The position numbers were made by a program, and so were the translations under genes. Below, piece by piece: positions 28,908 to 42,676 of a stretch of DNA of 64,000 nucleotides. The notes below the pieces were generated by a model. That model made no database searches, was not told the DNA's origin, and saw only the letters and a list, made by a program, of their open reading frames with translations. Source of the stretch: Octopus vulgaris (lineage: Eukaryota); the NCBI GenBank assembly GCA_951406725.2, contig OX597838.1, positions 5,580,001-5,644,000 of the forward strand. The letters run 5' to 3'. Numbering within the stretch: the first letter of the stretch is position 1; every line of letters begins with the position of its first letter.

Positions 28908-30535
28908 CATACATACATTCATGTATATATATAGGCATGTATATACTTGTGTATCTATGCTTATTTATTTCAGAAATAATATGTATGTATATGGAAGTGT
29001 GTATTTCTATAAAACACACCGGTTTGTGGGAATATACGCGTTTATTGAAGGATGAAAGTAGGTAAAAGTTTTGTGCGTCTCTTCCAATTACTTAGAAAAG
29101 GAGAACGTACATTTTTATTCGGTTAGAAATTAAAAAAAATATACAAAACAAATAACAATGAGTTTTGAAAAATAAAAAAAAAACCTAACTATATATATAT
29201 ATATACACACAAGTATATATTGATATTAAAAAACGTATATACGAAGTGATTTCAGAGGAAGAAAGAGACAGAGAGAGGGAAGCTCTACCAACGTTGTGAG
29301 TGTAAGGTGGAATAGGGTACGTAATAAATGCAGTAGAAAGACGATGATTTATAGAAGATACTGTTAGCTCTGGATTGAAAAAAAAATTGAGATCATCTAG
29401 ATGAAAGACAGATAGAAAGATGGTAATCAAGGGAGAGAATGATGAATCTTCGTAATAAAGCCGCAGAGATCATCATGTAATTCTGAAGTCAAATGCTTGT
29501 AACTTACATCCAATCGAACCTTTTTCTTGTAGGTAGACAGTGTGTCATTTTTGAGAACATTTATACCTACTTTTTTTTTCTATCTCTAGCACGTCAATCA
29601 ATCAAAGTGTAGGCTTCTTTGTTTCCTCATGTTCAATTTTTATTCTCTCTCCATTTAGCTTTTTTTTCTGTTGTTCACGAGATAACTAGATCTGAAAATA
29701 TTCCTGTTTCTATCCAAATTTTTTTTTTCTTCTTTTCTTCTTTTCGTCGATTTAACACATTTGGTAATATAACATTAAGGAATATAATTTTTGCTGATGG
29801 AATGTCATAGAGAAATACTTTTATTTCAATTGATTTCAGTAAAATTTATATCTCAAGCTCTATAATTTGATCAGAACTCGTTAAGTTTTGTAGAATGAAA
29901 GAAAACAACTTCTAGGCATGCGACATCACATACGCACTTGTACAACAACCTCCTAATTATGATCAATGTGCATTTATAATGTACGTATATATTTCCTCTG
30001 GTACACACACATATGCATTGTGTGTATGAGTGTAGTGTGCGCACTTGTGTGTATATGTATGTTTTATTGCTGTTTTTTTTAAAAATTTCATGCGCATATA
30101 TAGAATAAGAAAGATACCCGGCGTTGCGCAGATACCTAATCATTATGAACAGATTTTGTAGATAAATATGAATAGGGTAAGTGTCCGTGGGTGTATTTCT
30201 TCGAATTTCGATGCATCAGTTTTACTTTGAATTAAAATGGGTAATCTCACTTTGAGCTGGCACAATCGTGAGTGCGCCAGGCAAAATTGCGTAGCGTCAT
30301 TGCGTCTGTCCTTACGTTCCGATTTCAAATTCTGCCGAGATCGACTTAACATTTTTTATAATTTCGGGGCCGATAAAAAAAAAAAAAAACAGGACCAGCT
30401 GAGCACTTGAAACGATGTAATCGAGCTACTCCCTTCCCGAATTTAACTAGCCTGGTGCTAAATTATCAAATCAATATTTCAAAAAGGAATGCATATTTGA
30501 TTTCGTTTCCCTGGTGTTCAGTGTTCAGCACACAC

Positions 30536-30555
30536 CATAGCGGGCTTCCTCAAAT
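30536..30555 (-). CDS. Putative 20-nt microexon 4 (R-FEEARY-E)
   Basis: Acceptor ttcctctcattcgaataccttcAG; donor ATG|gtgtgt; phase 2 to 1 bridges exons 3 and 5 in frame. Confidence 0.55.
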
Positions 30556-30639
30556 CTGAAGGTATTCGAATGAGAGGAAATATTCCTCCTGCTCGTCCTC
30601 CTGCTCCTGCCCCTGCTGCCCCTGCTGCCCTTCCTCCCC

Positions 30640-30878
30640 CTACTACTACTACTACTAGTACCACCACCAAAACTACCAACACCACCTCCACCACTTCCAA
30701 CACTGTACATATATGTATATATATATGTATATGCACATACATACGTATATACACATACCACCACCACCACCACAACTACTACTACTAATACCGCTACCAC
30801 AATCACCACCACGAGCACTACTACTAACACCACCACCACCACCACAACTACTACTACTACTGCTCCTGCTACTACTAT

Positions 30879-30910
<32 letters not shown>

Positions 30911-30976
30911 TTACTACTATTATTACTGCTGCTGCTACTACTACTGCTACCACTACTACTGTTGCTGCTGTTTCTG

Positions 30977-31016
<40 letters not shown>

Positions 31017-31225
31017 TACTACTACTAATAATAATAATAATGATATTAATAATACTATTACAGATATTACTGCCATAGGTTGTACACCTAGTAAATCTAC
31101 TATTAATGCTATAACTAGTGCTAATGTTATTACTGCTGCTGCTACAACAACAGGAACAACAACTATTACTACTACAACTACTACCGCTATTACTGCTGCT
31201 TCTGCTACTGCTGCTGCTGCTATTA
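30640..31225. repeat. Compound (ACT)/(ACC)/(GCT) array
   Basis: Directly visible. Confidence 0.9.
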
Positions 31226-32029
31226 CTCTCTGTTCCTTTAACTTTTATTTTGTGGCATTGTTCACTTTTGCCAAATACTCTGCATAAACATCTCATCTCA
31301 AGAGTAAGACATTATTTATTCATTTATTTATCTATTCTTATTTTTTTTTCTTTTGGTAAAATAAGGAATTTGCCAGAGAGAGACAGGATGGCTGTCTGAA
31401 TCAGCTTCGTGCATTTAAAATGGGGATCTTATAAAGAGAGAAAACGAAAAACGAAATAAATCTAAAAAAAACAAAAAACAATATGCTACTAGATGTTTCT
31501 AACGTGAGATATTGTGTATAGGGAGCAAAATATAATTCAGATACAAGCCAAGGGAATTGTGATATAATCACTGAAACTAATATGTTGCAGACGGAAACAG
31601 GTGTACACAGGTGTACACAGGTGTGCATACACGTACACGGTCCTATACAATTGCACACATATGTATATGTGTAAAATATATAACACAAAACACATTGAAG
31701 AACACGTATGCGTGCACTTGCAGGTGAACATATACACACGTTGGAACAAAGATACTTATATATCGACGTGCGTAAGGAAACATAAACGAAAAACCATAAG
31801 AATTATGGAAAATTGCCTGCATTTCAAAACGAAAAGATAAAAAAACCCCGCAAAATTACATATGTGTGCATGTATGATCTTTTATAGTGATATCTAGGAA
31901 GAGATAACAGCCTGTTGGACTAAGTAATTTTGGTTATTTGTCAATCTCGTATATCTGTGGATATTGTGTATTAGTGTATGTATGAAAATACATACTCGTA
32001 TGCATACATACACACTTAAACATACATGC

Positions 32030-32069
<40 letters not shown>

Positions 32070-32173
32070 ATGCATATATGTGTATATACACATACATACA
32101 TATATACAGACACATATATATACACACTCACACATAAATATATATATGTGTATATGTACGTATATACACGTAT

Positions 32174-32220
<47 letters not shown>

Positions 32221-32678
32221 CAACATGCATCTATGTATATTTAGATATATGTTATGCACATAGATTTGTAAATGCTAGTATATGTGCAAACACATACATA
32301 CACATACACATGCATATGATTATGTATAGAAATATTCAAATTAGTGCACTGCTAAAGTACATGTGGCCCTCCTAAAATTTTCCATGCATTTGAATTGGAT
32401 ACAATTATTTTATCCGTTCGTTTCCTTTCCTGTTTCTCCTCATCCATCCATTTTTACTCCTCTCGGCCGTTTTCCTTCCTCATACTTTCTGTCGTAGAGA
32501 GAATGTAACGCAGTATTACTCTCTGTATCAAATGACGGCGAGATCAACGTTGCCTTACATCCCTGGGGTATTGATAAAACAACAATTGAGATTTCAACTA
32601 TGCCCGATATTATACTTCAATCATGAACAATATATATATATCCACTCATACGTTTTGAATGGGACACCAAACAAAAAA

Positions 32679-33097
32679 TTACTCTTTACTCTTTTTACTC
32701 TTTTACTTGTTTCAGTCATTTGACTGAGGCCATGCTGGAGCACCGCCTTTAGTCGAGCAAATCGACCCCGGGACTTATTCTTTGTAAGCCTAGTACTTAT
32801 TCTATCGGTCTCTTTTGCCGGACCGCTACGTGACGGGGACGTAAACACACCAGCATCGGTTGTCAAGCAATGCTAGGGGGACAAACACAGACACACAAAC
32901 ATACACACAGCACCTATATATATATATATACATATATACGACAGGCGTCTTTCAGTTTCCGTCTACCAAATCCACTCACAAGGCATTGGTCGGCCCGGGG
33001 CTATAGCAGAAGACACTTGCCCAAGATGCCACGCAGTGGGACTGAACCCGGAAACCATGTGGTTGGTTAGCAAGCTACTTACCACACAGCCACTCCT
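32679..33097 (-). mobile_element. SINE family A, abutting the exon-3 donor
   Basis: Direct similarity; lacks the first ~6 nt of the head. Confidence 0.92.
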
Positions 33098-33100
33098 TAC

Positions 33101-33199
33101 CTTGATTTGTTTTCTTCTTTTTTGTAGTAAAACCAGTTTCCCGAAAATGGTTGTCCATATCTGGTATCCATTAACCCTCTTCGCAGAAAATTGCTTGCA
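33101..33199 (-). CDS. Putative coding exon 3 ((ASNFLRR)GLMDTRYGQPFSGNWFYYKKEENKS-R); alternative acceptor gives 33101-33178
   Basis: Donor AAG|gtaagg; open, phase 2 to 2 from either acceptor (gcacAG or ttttctgcgaAG); P-x-SG-x-x-F-x-Y resembles CG-1. Confidence 0.65.
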
Positions 33200-33694
33200 C
33201 TGTGCTTAATTCAGAAGACGTTGGCTAAGTTGACAAATGATTTGTGGTAATTTTCCCGCAACTTTGCGCTCGGAGTTCAAATCCCTTTGCGATCAACCTA
33301 GACTTTCGGCTATCCAGGATCCACATAAAAATGCAGCAAAGAGGTACTCGTTTTAATTGTACCAGCTCTGCCCCATTTTTGCAAAATTACTAGAACTGTA
33401 CAAATATTTGAAAGCATTATGATTTTTAGAAGAAACTGTATCGCGTCACACAAAATGTTTAGCAGCATCCCTTCAGGCTCTTCACTTTCTGTCTTGAAAA
33501 TCTGTCGAAATCTACTTTGTTTTTAATATATTCTGTGGCGATAAAATAAAGTACCTTCCATATGCTGTGGACACCATAATCGACTGACGACTTCGAAGAA
33601 AACCGTACTAATCTTCTACGAAAATTTGAATCAATTACACTGTGTAACACGATTTTTGTCTTCGGGTCGCAACTGTTATTTCCTATTTGCTTAC

Positions 33695-33740
33695 CCCTTG
33701 AAAGTATGAAAAATGGTTAATATTTCCTCCAAAATGTGCT
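33695..33740 (-). CDS. Putative coding exon 2 (46 nt, E-HILEEILTIFHTFK-G)
   Basis: Donor GGG|gtaagc; phase 1 to 2; with the previous exon gives ER-x6-EEI-x5-TF as in CAMTA CG-1. Acceptor (aatgtaaaaAG) is weak. Confidence 0.5.
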
Positions 33741-34966
33741 CTTTTTACATTTATTTAAACGCCAAAGGATCCGTCACATCACATGGCTTTGATGCTCCCT
33801 CATTACTCCTGCTTATCTTCAGAAATACATATATTGTTCAGCCACTAAGGGACATGCTCAAGTTGTTAAGGTTAAACAATTGGCAAACAAATCTATAGTA
33901 TTGAGCAGAATATTTGCTCTAACGATATTTCTGCTTCAGCAACTCAAAGCCGAATCTGTCCGAAATGTAATGCAACCTTGGAAAGTTTCGAAACATTGAT
34001 GTCTAGGTCAGAAAAGCGTAATTCGAAGAGAACATTAGTCATTTCTTTTGATTTCTAAATAGCAGCGAATATAAAAAAAATACTTACTGACCAAAGACAA
34101 AATAAATAAATAAATAAATAAATAAATGAATATTAATTTTGTTTACAGTGTTATAATTACTATTACCATCTATGAAGCCACTCGGTAGAATCGTTAACTC
34201 GACGGACAAAATAAGTGCAATTTCAAATTCCGCCGGAATCGACATTGCCTTCCATCGTTGCAATGCCAGTAACATAAACACCAACTGAATACTAGGGTCG
34301 ATCTAATCGATTGACACCATCCAATAAAATTTAAGCTTTTGCATTTATAATAGAAAGGATTATTACCATCATCGTGATTATCAGCGCCATTTTAATCGTC
34401 TTGATCATCACCAACATCATCATCCCCGCTATTACTCAAATCGTCATGAACACCACAACCACAACTACCACCACCGCCCTATTATTTAATTGTGATAAAG
34501 ATAATATATTCATTGAAGAGTTACCATAACAAACACTGAAATCAAATAATCATGAAAAATATAGAAAGGAATAAATAGATAAATAAATAAATAAATAAAT
34601 AAGCAAATAGAAGGGAAATAGAATAACATGATTAAACAAAGAAAGAAGCAAATACATTTTTCATATAAATAATAAGAATAGTATTAATAAGACAACTTTT
34701 AGTAATAATGATATGAAAGAAATATTAATAACGACGAAATCGAATACGAGATGAAGAACGGGAGAACGAAATGGAGGGGGAGGGAGGGAAACGGGTGGAA
34801 GGAGGAGGGTTTGAGAATGTGGAATGGTGAAATTAAACGAAAAAAATGGACCTACTACAACACTAGCAGCAACAAGACCTTGTAATACTGCCAACACTAC
34901 CATTCCGTCAACACTAATATTTCGACCACTATCACCTTCATTACCATTACCATCAGCACTAAAATA

Positions 34967-35017
<51 letters not shown>

Positions 35018-35092
35018 GCTGCTGCTACTACTACTACTACTACTGCTGCTGCTGCTGTTGCTGCTGCCGAAACTAAAATAGCCTGCTCCTAC

Positions 35093-35478
35093 GGCACTCC
35101 GTCGATTACGATGACGAGGGTTCCAGTTGATCCGATCAGCGAAAAAGCCTGCTCGTGAATTTAGCGTGCCAGCGCCTGAGCACTCCTCAGACACGTGTAC
35201 CCTTATAACGTAGTTCTCGGGGGGGGGGGGGTTATTCATCGTGACTCAGAGTGTGACAAGGCTGGCCCCTTTGAAATATAGATATAACAGAAACAGGAAG
35301 AAAGAGCGAGAGAAAGTTGTGATGAAAGAGTACAAAAGGGTTCGTCACCAAACCCTGCCGGAACCTCGTGGAGATTTAGGTGCTTTCGCTGAATAAACAC
35401 AACGCCCGGTCTGAGAATCGAAACTGCGATCCTATGACCGGGGGACTGCTGTCCTTACCACTGGGCCATTGTGCCTCC
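35093..35478 (-). mobile_element. SINE family C with 15-bp TSD
   Basis: Co-linear with the 26540 copy; TSD ATAGCCTGCTCCTAC at 35078-35092 and 35479-35493. Confidence 0.92.
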
Positions 35479-35843
35479 ATAGCCTGCTCCTACTTCTATA
35501 GCTGCATACATAACTAATGTAAGTACAAGTAATCATACAACTACTACAATTAGTACAAACATAACTTACTAATGCCATTCCTGAAGTGGTGAGTTGGTGC
35601 GAAATCGTTGCAACAACGGACAAAGCGACGAGCGGCATTTGCTCCGGCTTTTTTACGTTCTGAGTTCCAATTCCCGCTTAGGTTGACTACGCCGCTTATG
35701 CTTTCGGGGTCGAATAGAATAAGTGTCAGTGAATGAAGTAAGTGAATTTCTAGGATTTATATAATCGACATTACCCTCTCCTCAAACGCTGACTGGCCCA
35801 ACGACAAAATCATGAAACCACGATTATACTACTACTACTACCA

Positions 35844-35880
<37 letters not shown>

Positions 35881-36514
35881 CACTACTACTACTATTACTA
35901 CTACTACTACTACCACTACCACTACCACTACTATTACCACCACCACATCCACATTCACTATCATCACCAATATCACTAATAATAAAAGGAGCATGAGTTA
36001 ATAAAGGAACCTTATTTCGGTTTTTACCACCATGAAATAGCTGCCAAAATCTCCCTCACTTCGTACGGCAATGGATTAAGAAAGTACACGATTAAAGTGT
36101 GCCTGGATACCACGCTTATTAGAAATAATTGTGGCGGTCACGTCTGGTACGCTGATTTTCCAAAGGTCTGTATATTTTTGGCAAGTATTGGGTTAAAGAA
36201 TTAAAATACCACTACCGAAATTCCCACCACTACCAATTTAGAAAAAAAAACAATAAAACGCTACAGTAGCGGCAGCAGCCGGAACAGTCTTAGTAGCTGC
36301 TGCAGCCGCAGCATCAACATCAATGATGGAATGAAAGGACGATATATGAGATGAGGGTATGGATTGCCGAGAAGACTAATTAAATGAAATAAATCAATCT
36401 ATAAATAACTCTTCAAATAGAAACTTAAACAAAAATAATATAGAGTTGAGGGGAAATGAAAATAAAATATTAATTATATTATTCTATATCATTATCATTA
36501 TTATTACCAACAGA

Positions 36515-36625
36515 GCCACCACCACCACCGCCACCTCCACCACCACCACCGCTACCTCCACCACCACCACCATCATCATCATGATCATCATGATCATCAT
36601 GATCATGATCATGATGATGATGATG

Positions 36626-36658
<33 letters not shown>

Positions 36659-36806
36659 GTCATCATCATCATCATCACCATCATCATCATCGTCGTCGTC
36701 ATCATCATCGTCGTCGTCGTCATCATCATCATCATCCTCATCATCATCATCATCGTCGCCGTGGTCATCATCATCATCGTCGTCATCATCATCATCGTCG
36801 TCGTCG

Positions 36807-36837
<31 letters not shown>

Positions 36838-36860
36838 TATCATCATTATTATTATTACTA

Positions 36861-36950
<90 letters not shown>
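36515..36950. repeat. Compound (CAC)/(CAT)/(ATT)/(AGT) array
   Basis: Directly visible. Confidence 0.95.
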
Positions 36951-36952
<2 letters not shown>

Positions 36953-37156
36953 TACGAACGGAGCCGTGGTAAACAATATGATAAGTAAATAAAGGAGTTT
37001 ATTAAAGAACAAGTGAAACATAAACACAATAAAAAAAAGATTGATTTGAAAGTTGGCCAAAACAACTTGCGGGTTATAGCTGATGCTTAACCCCTTCGTT
37101 AATCTCCAATCGATCCGATCTGCCAGGAATGACGTTCAAGATATGACCAGCTGGTA

Positions 37157-37373
37157 TACTCTTTACTCTTTACTCTTTTACTTGTTTCAGTCATTTGACT
37201 GCGGCCATGCTGGAGCACCGCCTTTAGTCGAGCAAATCGACCCCGGGACTTATTCTTTGTAAGCCCAGTACTTATTCTATCGCTCTCTTTTGCCGAACCG
37301 CTAAGTGACGGGGACGTAAACACACCAGCATCGGTTGTCAGGCAATGCTAGGGGGACAAACACAGACACACAA

Positions 37374-37422
<49 letters not shown>

Positions 37423-37587
37423 TACGACAGGCTTCTTTCAGTTTCTGTCTACCAAATCCACTCACAAGGCATTGGTCGGCCCGGGGCTATAGCAGAAGAC
37501 ACTTGCTCAAGATGCCACGCAGTGGACTGAACCCGGAACCATGTGGTTGGTTAGCAAGCTACTTACCACACAGCCACTCCTGCGCCT
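37157..37587 (-). mobile_element. SINE family A, full length
   Basis: Direct similarity; (GAGTAAA)n-like tail. Confidence 0.93.
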
Positions 37588-38010
37588 ATTAGTTTTCAAA
37601 ATAAATTATACCCTGTGGTGTCCCATTTGTTTTTGTTTGTTTTTTGTTTTTTTTGCTGTATTTTTTAAATTTTGAACACTCCAAGGTGTAAACTGAAGGA
37701 CGCTTCGATGCTATTCGTCACCTATTAATTCATTCATAATTAATTGATAGAATGAATAGGTGATAAGACGAGCACTGAAATCATTTTCAGTTGCGCTAAT
37801 GTTTTAAAGGGTCACGTGGAAGAAAAATATTTTAATGAGCTCAGTTTTTGCCCATCTGAGTCACGACGTACCTCGTCACATTGTTAGCCCTACACTTCCC
37901 AGATCTCGGTATAATATTTGCATTTTATACACTTACTCTTATTACTGCGCTTTAGAATTCCTTGCCAACGTATAAGATATGTCCATCAGATCCGAAGCAA
38001 TCGGATCTAT

Positions 38011-38176
38011 AGGCGCAGGAGTGGCTGTGTCGTAAGTAGCTTGCTAACCAACCACATGGTTCCGGGTTCAGTCCCACTGCGTGGCTTCTTGGGCAAGTGT
38101 CTTCTGCTATGGCCCCGGGCAGACCAATGCCTTGTGAGTGGATTTGGTAGACGGAAACTGAAAGAAGCCTGTCGTA

Positions 38177-38251
<75 letters not shown>

Positions 38252-38457
38252 TTGTGTGTCTGTGATTGTCCCCCTAGCATTGCTTGACAACCGATGCTGG
38301 TGTGTTTACGTCCCCGTCACTTAGCGGTTCGGCAAAAGAGACCGATAGAATAAGTACTGGGCTTACAAAAGAATAAGTCTCGGGGTCGAGTTGCTCGATT
38401 AAAGGTGGTGCTCCAGCATGGCCGCAGTCAAATGACTGAAACAAGTAAAAGAGAGTA
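38011..38457 (+). mobile_element. SINE family A, full length
   Basis: Starts AGGCGCAGGAGTGGC; ends GACTGAAACAAGTAAAAGAGAGTA. Confidence 0.93.
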
Positions 38458-38967
38458 ATCCCCAAATTCTCCATCTTCCTGACTGGTTTTTAAAGTCTCT
38501 CCTCTAATCAAGTCCGTACCTTCTCTTCTCTCGAATCTTCCAATCTCTCGCATAATGCAGTTTTGATCTTAGGCATCGACTCGAAATATGACATATATAC
38601 CGAGGATACTTAATGCAACGTAACTTTCACCGGTTAATAACTTAAGCCGTCGTCCCCAGGCTGTCTGCCATATCGAATCTCTCCGATATGCCACATGAAC
38701 AATTGATAATCGAATACTGTACGCAATCGTGATATGCAAAACCTGTTCAATTGAGATTATTTCTAACCCCGGGCTTTGCATCGATGCCTATCTAACCATG
38801 CAGTACTTTCGTATACTGAAAATATGTAATAAATACGAGGAAAAAAATCAAACAGAAAACGTTCAAATAACATGTTATTTAGAAGCTTCCTCGCCGCTAA
38901 CCACAAAAAATTGGCACCTTCAAGAACGGCAATGTATATAAATATATACATGTGAGCGTATATGTAA

Positions 38968-39025
<58 letters not shown>

Positions 39026-39040
39026 TTATGTGTGTGATAT

Positions 39041-39085
<45 letters not shown>

Positions 39086-39332
39086 ATGTATGTATCAAAC
39101 ACATATATACGTTTATACATACCTATATAAATATACACGATATAGATAGGGTTAAAGTCCAGGCAGCGTTCTTTGAAGCATATCTTTATATATCCAGTAT
39201 TCCCAATCTGTATGTAGGTGTTATATTTGTGACCATTTTTAAAGTCCTATTACCAAATTAAACACGTGTAACGGTCAATAAATGATGCGGAAAATGATCC
39301 GATATTCTGTTTTCATATATAGATATAAATAA

Positions 39333-39427
<95 letters not shown>

Positions 39428-39629
39428 TGTTGTGTCTGTGAGTCTGTCTGAATGTGAGTGAGTGTGTGTGTGTGTGTTTGGTGTGTGAATGACATTGAGA
39501 GATAGGGATGATATAAATCTCAGGAAAGTTTAGTGTAGGGAAGAATCGGAATAATTTCAGATATACATATATACATATATATACATGTGCATATATATAT
39601 ATGTATATACATATATATATACATATATA

Positions 39630-39685
<56 letters not shown>

Positions 39686-40394
39686 TATATGTATGTATGC
39701 ATATACGAGTACATATATATGCATGTGCATATATATATATATATATATATACATTTATACTTATACCTGCATATATACAATTATATACATATATACATTC
39801 CAATATATATTTACACGTGCATGTGTGAATGAACAATCACGCACATGCTTACATATATACATACCTACATACGTGCACATACACACACGCACGCACGCAC
39901 ATACGTATCCATAATGTATCGCTAACATACGTAACTATCCAACTGACACATCTAATTCCATGTATACACACATGCTTGCTTGCATTCATTGGAGGAACAA
40001 CAAATAAACGACGGAAGCGTTCGCCATTCATTTGTACATTCGTATATCGTTCATATTTACTGCCTCATTCTCGTCGAAATGTTTTTCGCTGTTTTACTCC
40101 GTGATATTTATTTGTGCTTATCTGCCAATTCTTACAATTACTGCGTTGGCAGCTTATATGCAATTTATCTTACAGGGTAATATCTTGTCTTGCTATGCTT
40201 TCTATCCATTTAATAATCGTAGAATTTCACTGTTTCACTGTTATTTGATATTAGTCTTTTATGCAACGTAGGAATTCTATTTAGGAATTTGCGTCTTGAA
40301 CGTGACAGGAAGCTCCTGTTTCCCTTTTATAAATGATTCTTAACAACTACAAAGGCGTGTGTGTAGGAGTGAACGGTGCGTATACTTGCTTGTT

Positions 40395-40435
<41 letters not shown>

Positions 40436-40803
40436 CTTTGTCTCTGTGTGCGTTTTATTTCGATGCTAATATGTCAGTGTATGAAATTTGTGGACGTGTT
40501 TTCTTGTGTATGAAAACAGGAGTGAGTGTTAGTGTATGTGAGTGTGTCTGTGTGTGTGTGGGGGGAGAGGGTGGTTTTGTGAAAGTGTTAAATGCACGTA
40601 CACCTGTGATTGCTCATCTTTCTGATACGGTAAGCGTGTCACCTGACATATATGCACACACACACACACCAACATGCACACATACATGTTTGTGTGCATA
40701 TATATATCTATCTATCTATCTATATATATATATATATATATTTGTGTTGTGCATTTATATATATATATATATGCATAATAGTACGTACTAGTACGTACAT
40801 ATG

Positions 40804-40844
<41 letters not shown>

Positions 40845-40852
40845 GCATGTAT

Positions 40853-40931
<79 letters not shown>

Positions 40932-41458
40932 CATACACATATTTAATATAAATACATACTGTATATATGTTTTTCATGTATTCTTATTCATTTCTAATAT
41001 ATACTGTCTCTATACGTGTGTGTCTTGATATGAATGTAATTAATTACGCATAGAAACGTTTGTATGTGCATGTGTGAATATATGTGTGTATATATTTGTA
41101 TGTGCCTTTTTTCCCCTATTTCAAAAAATATTTTGCGTACGCACGCGTGTGTGTTTGCGTGCGTTCGCGCTTCCATCTCTGTATTTGAAAACCGCACTGT
41201 CTTGATATACGTTCGTTCATCTCAGTGGCGCTCTCTATACACACACACACTCTCACTCCTACAGAAGCACACACACATACACATGCGTATTCGCACACGT
41301 TTTCACACACGCCGTTCCATTATTTGTTTTCAGTCTATCGAGCGTAAATACTGCCAGCCATATCAGTCGGCCTACACTCACTTCTAATACTCACTGACGC
41401 GGAACCAACTTTTGGCCTTAACTGTCAGAACAACTAAAATTGAATAAAACCATCTTTA

Positions 41459-41507
<49 letters not shown>

Positions 41508-42243
41508 TAAGTTGGGGATGGTGGAAGGTTTATATCTAGATCTAAAATCTCACTAAGAATCATACGTTCACAAGAGAGAGAGTGGCAAAATATCGGCGTG
41601 AATAAACACGCATATTCTCATTGTGCGGTTGAAGGTTGGCGGCAAGAAAAGGAAAAGACACTTGCATTTGGTGTGTAGGGGCAACTCGAGTAAGTATGTT
41701 GCCCATCCTGAGCTGCTGATGTGATTTCTCTCCCGCTGTTCAGCAATCTTACTTTATTTATTTTCTTTTTTTGGTATTCTATTAATGTGTAGTGATGTGT
41801 CTGCTTGTTGGTGTTTTATTATTTACGTATCTTTATTCCTATTGTTCATTCCACGATTTTATATCATCTAAATCACCCACTGTTTTCATATTCGTTGATT
41901 TCTTTTCTATTTCGCCTTTGTACTGTCTGCAAAGACTTGTCTCATGCGACAAACACAATTAATCGGTAATGTAATGTCGGGGGAATGGCAGAACCGTTCC
42001 GGTATTCGAATTATATAAAAGAATAATGCGGTATCACTTTCGTCATATTCATTTTGATTTCTAATCCCATCGAAGAGAAATTTACCGTTCATTATTTCAG
42101 AGTAAGTAGCATAAAGTATCAGTCTAGATCTGGGTGTGCTATTATCCACAAATCTCTCCCCTCAAATCTCCTCAGGCTTCCTGTCTAAATCATAGGCGAT
42201 TGCAATTCTTCTTCTTCTTCTTCTTCTTCTTCTTCTTCTTCTT

Positions 42244-42336
<93 letters not shown>

Positions 42337-42354
42337 GTTATTATTATTATTGTT

Positions 42355-42538
42355 ACTTTAGGTTTGATTTTGCTTTGCATTCGTATAAGTTGGCTCTAAG
42401 TCTCAACCCAGAGACCTCAAGAGTCAACAAGTTAGAAGTTCATGTTGTTGTTATGCCTAGGGTGCAATATATTTGGTTTTGTACCTAGAGAATGTTTAAG
42501 AAACCATAAGAAAATAATGTTTGTTTTAAAATTTGAGA
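42355..42538 (-). mobile_element. Probable non-LTR 3' UTR inserted in (ATT)n
   Basis: ~185-bp unique block between two (ATT)n arrays; no coding remnant, assigned by context only. Confidence 0.4.
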
Positions 42539-42622
42539 TTATTATTATTATCATTGTTATTATTATTATGATTATTATTATTGTTATTATTATTATTATC
42601 CTTATTATTATTATTATTATAA

Positions 42623-42676
<54 letters not shown>

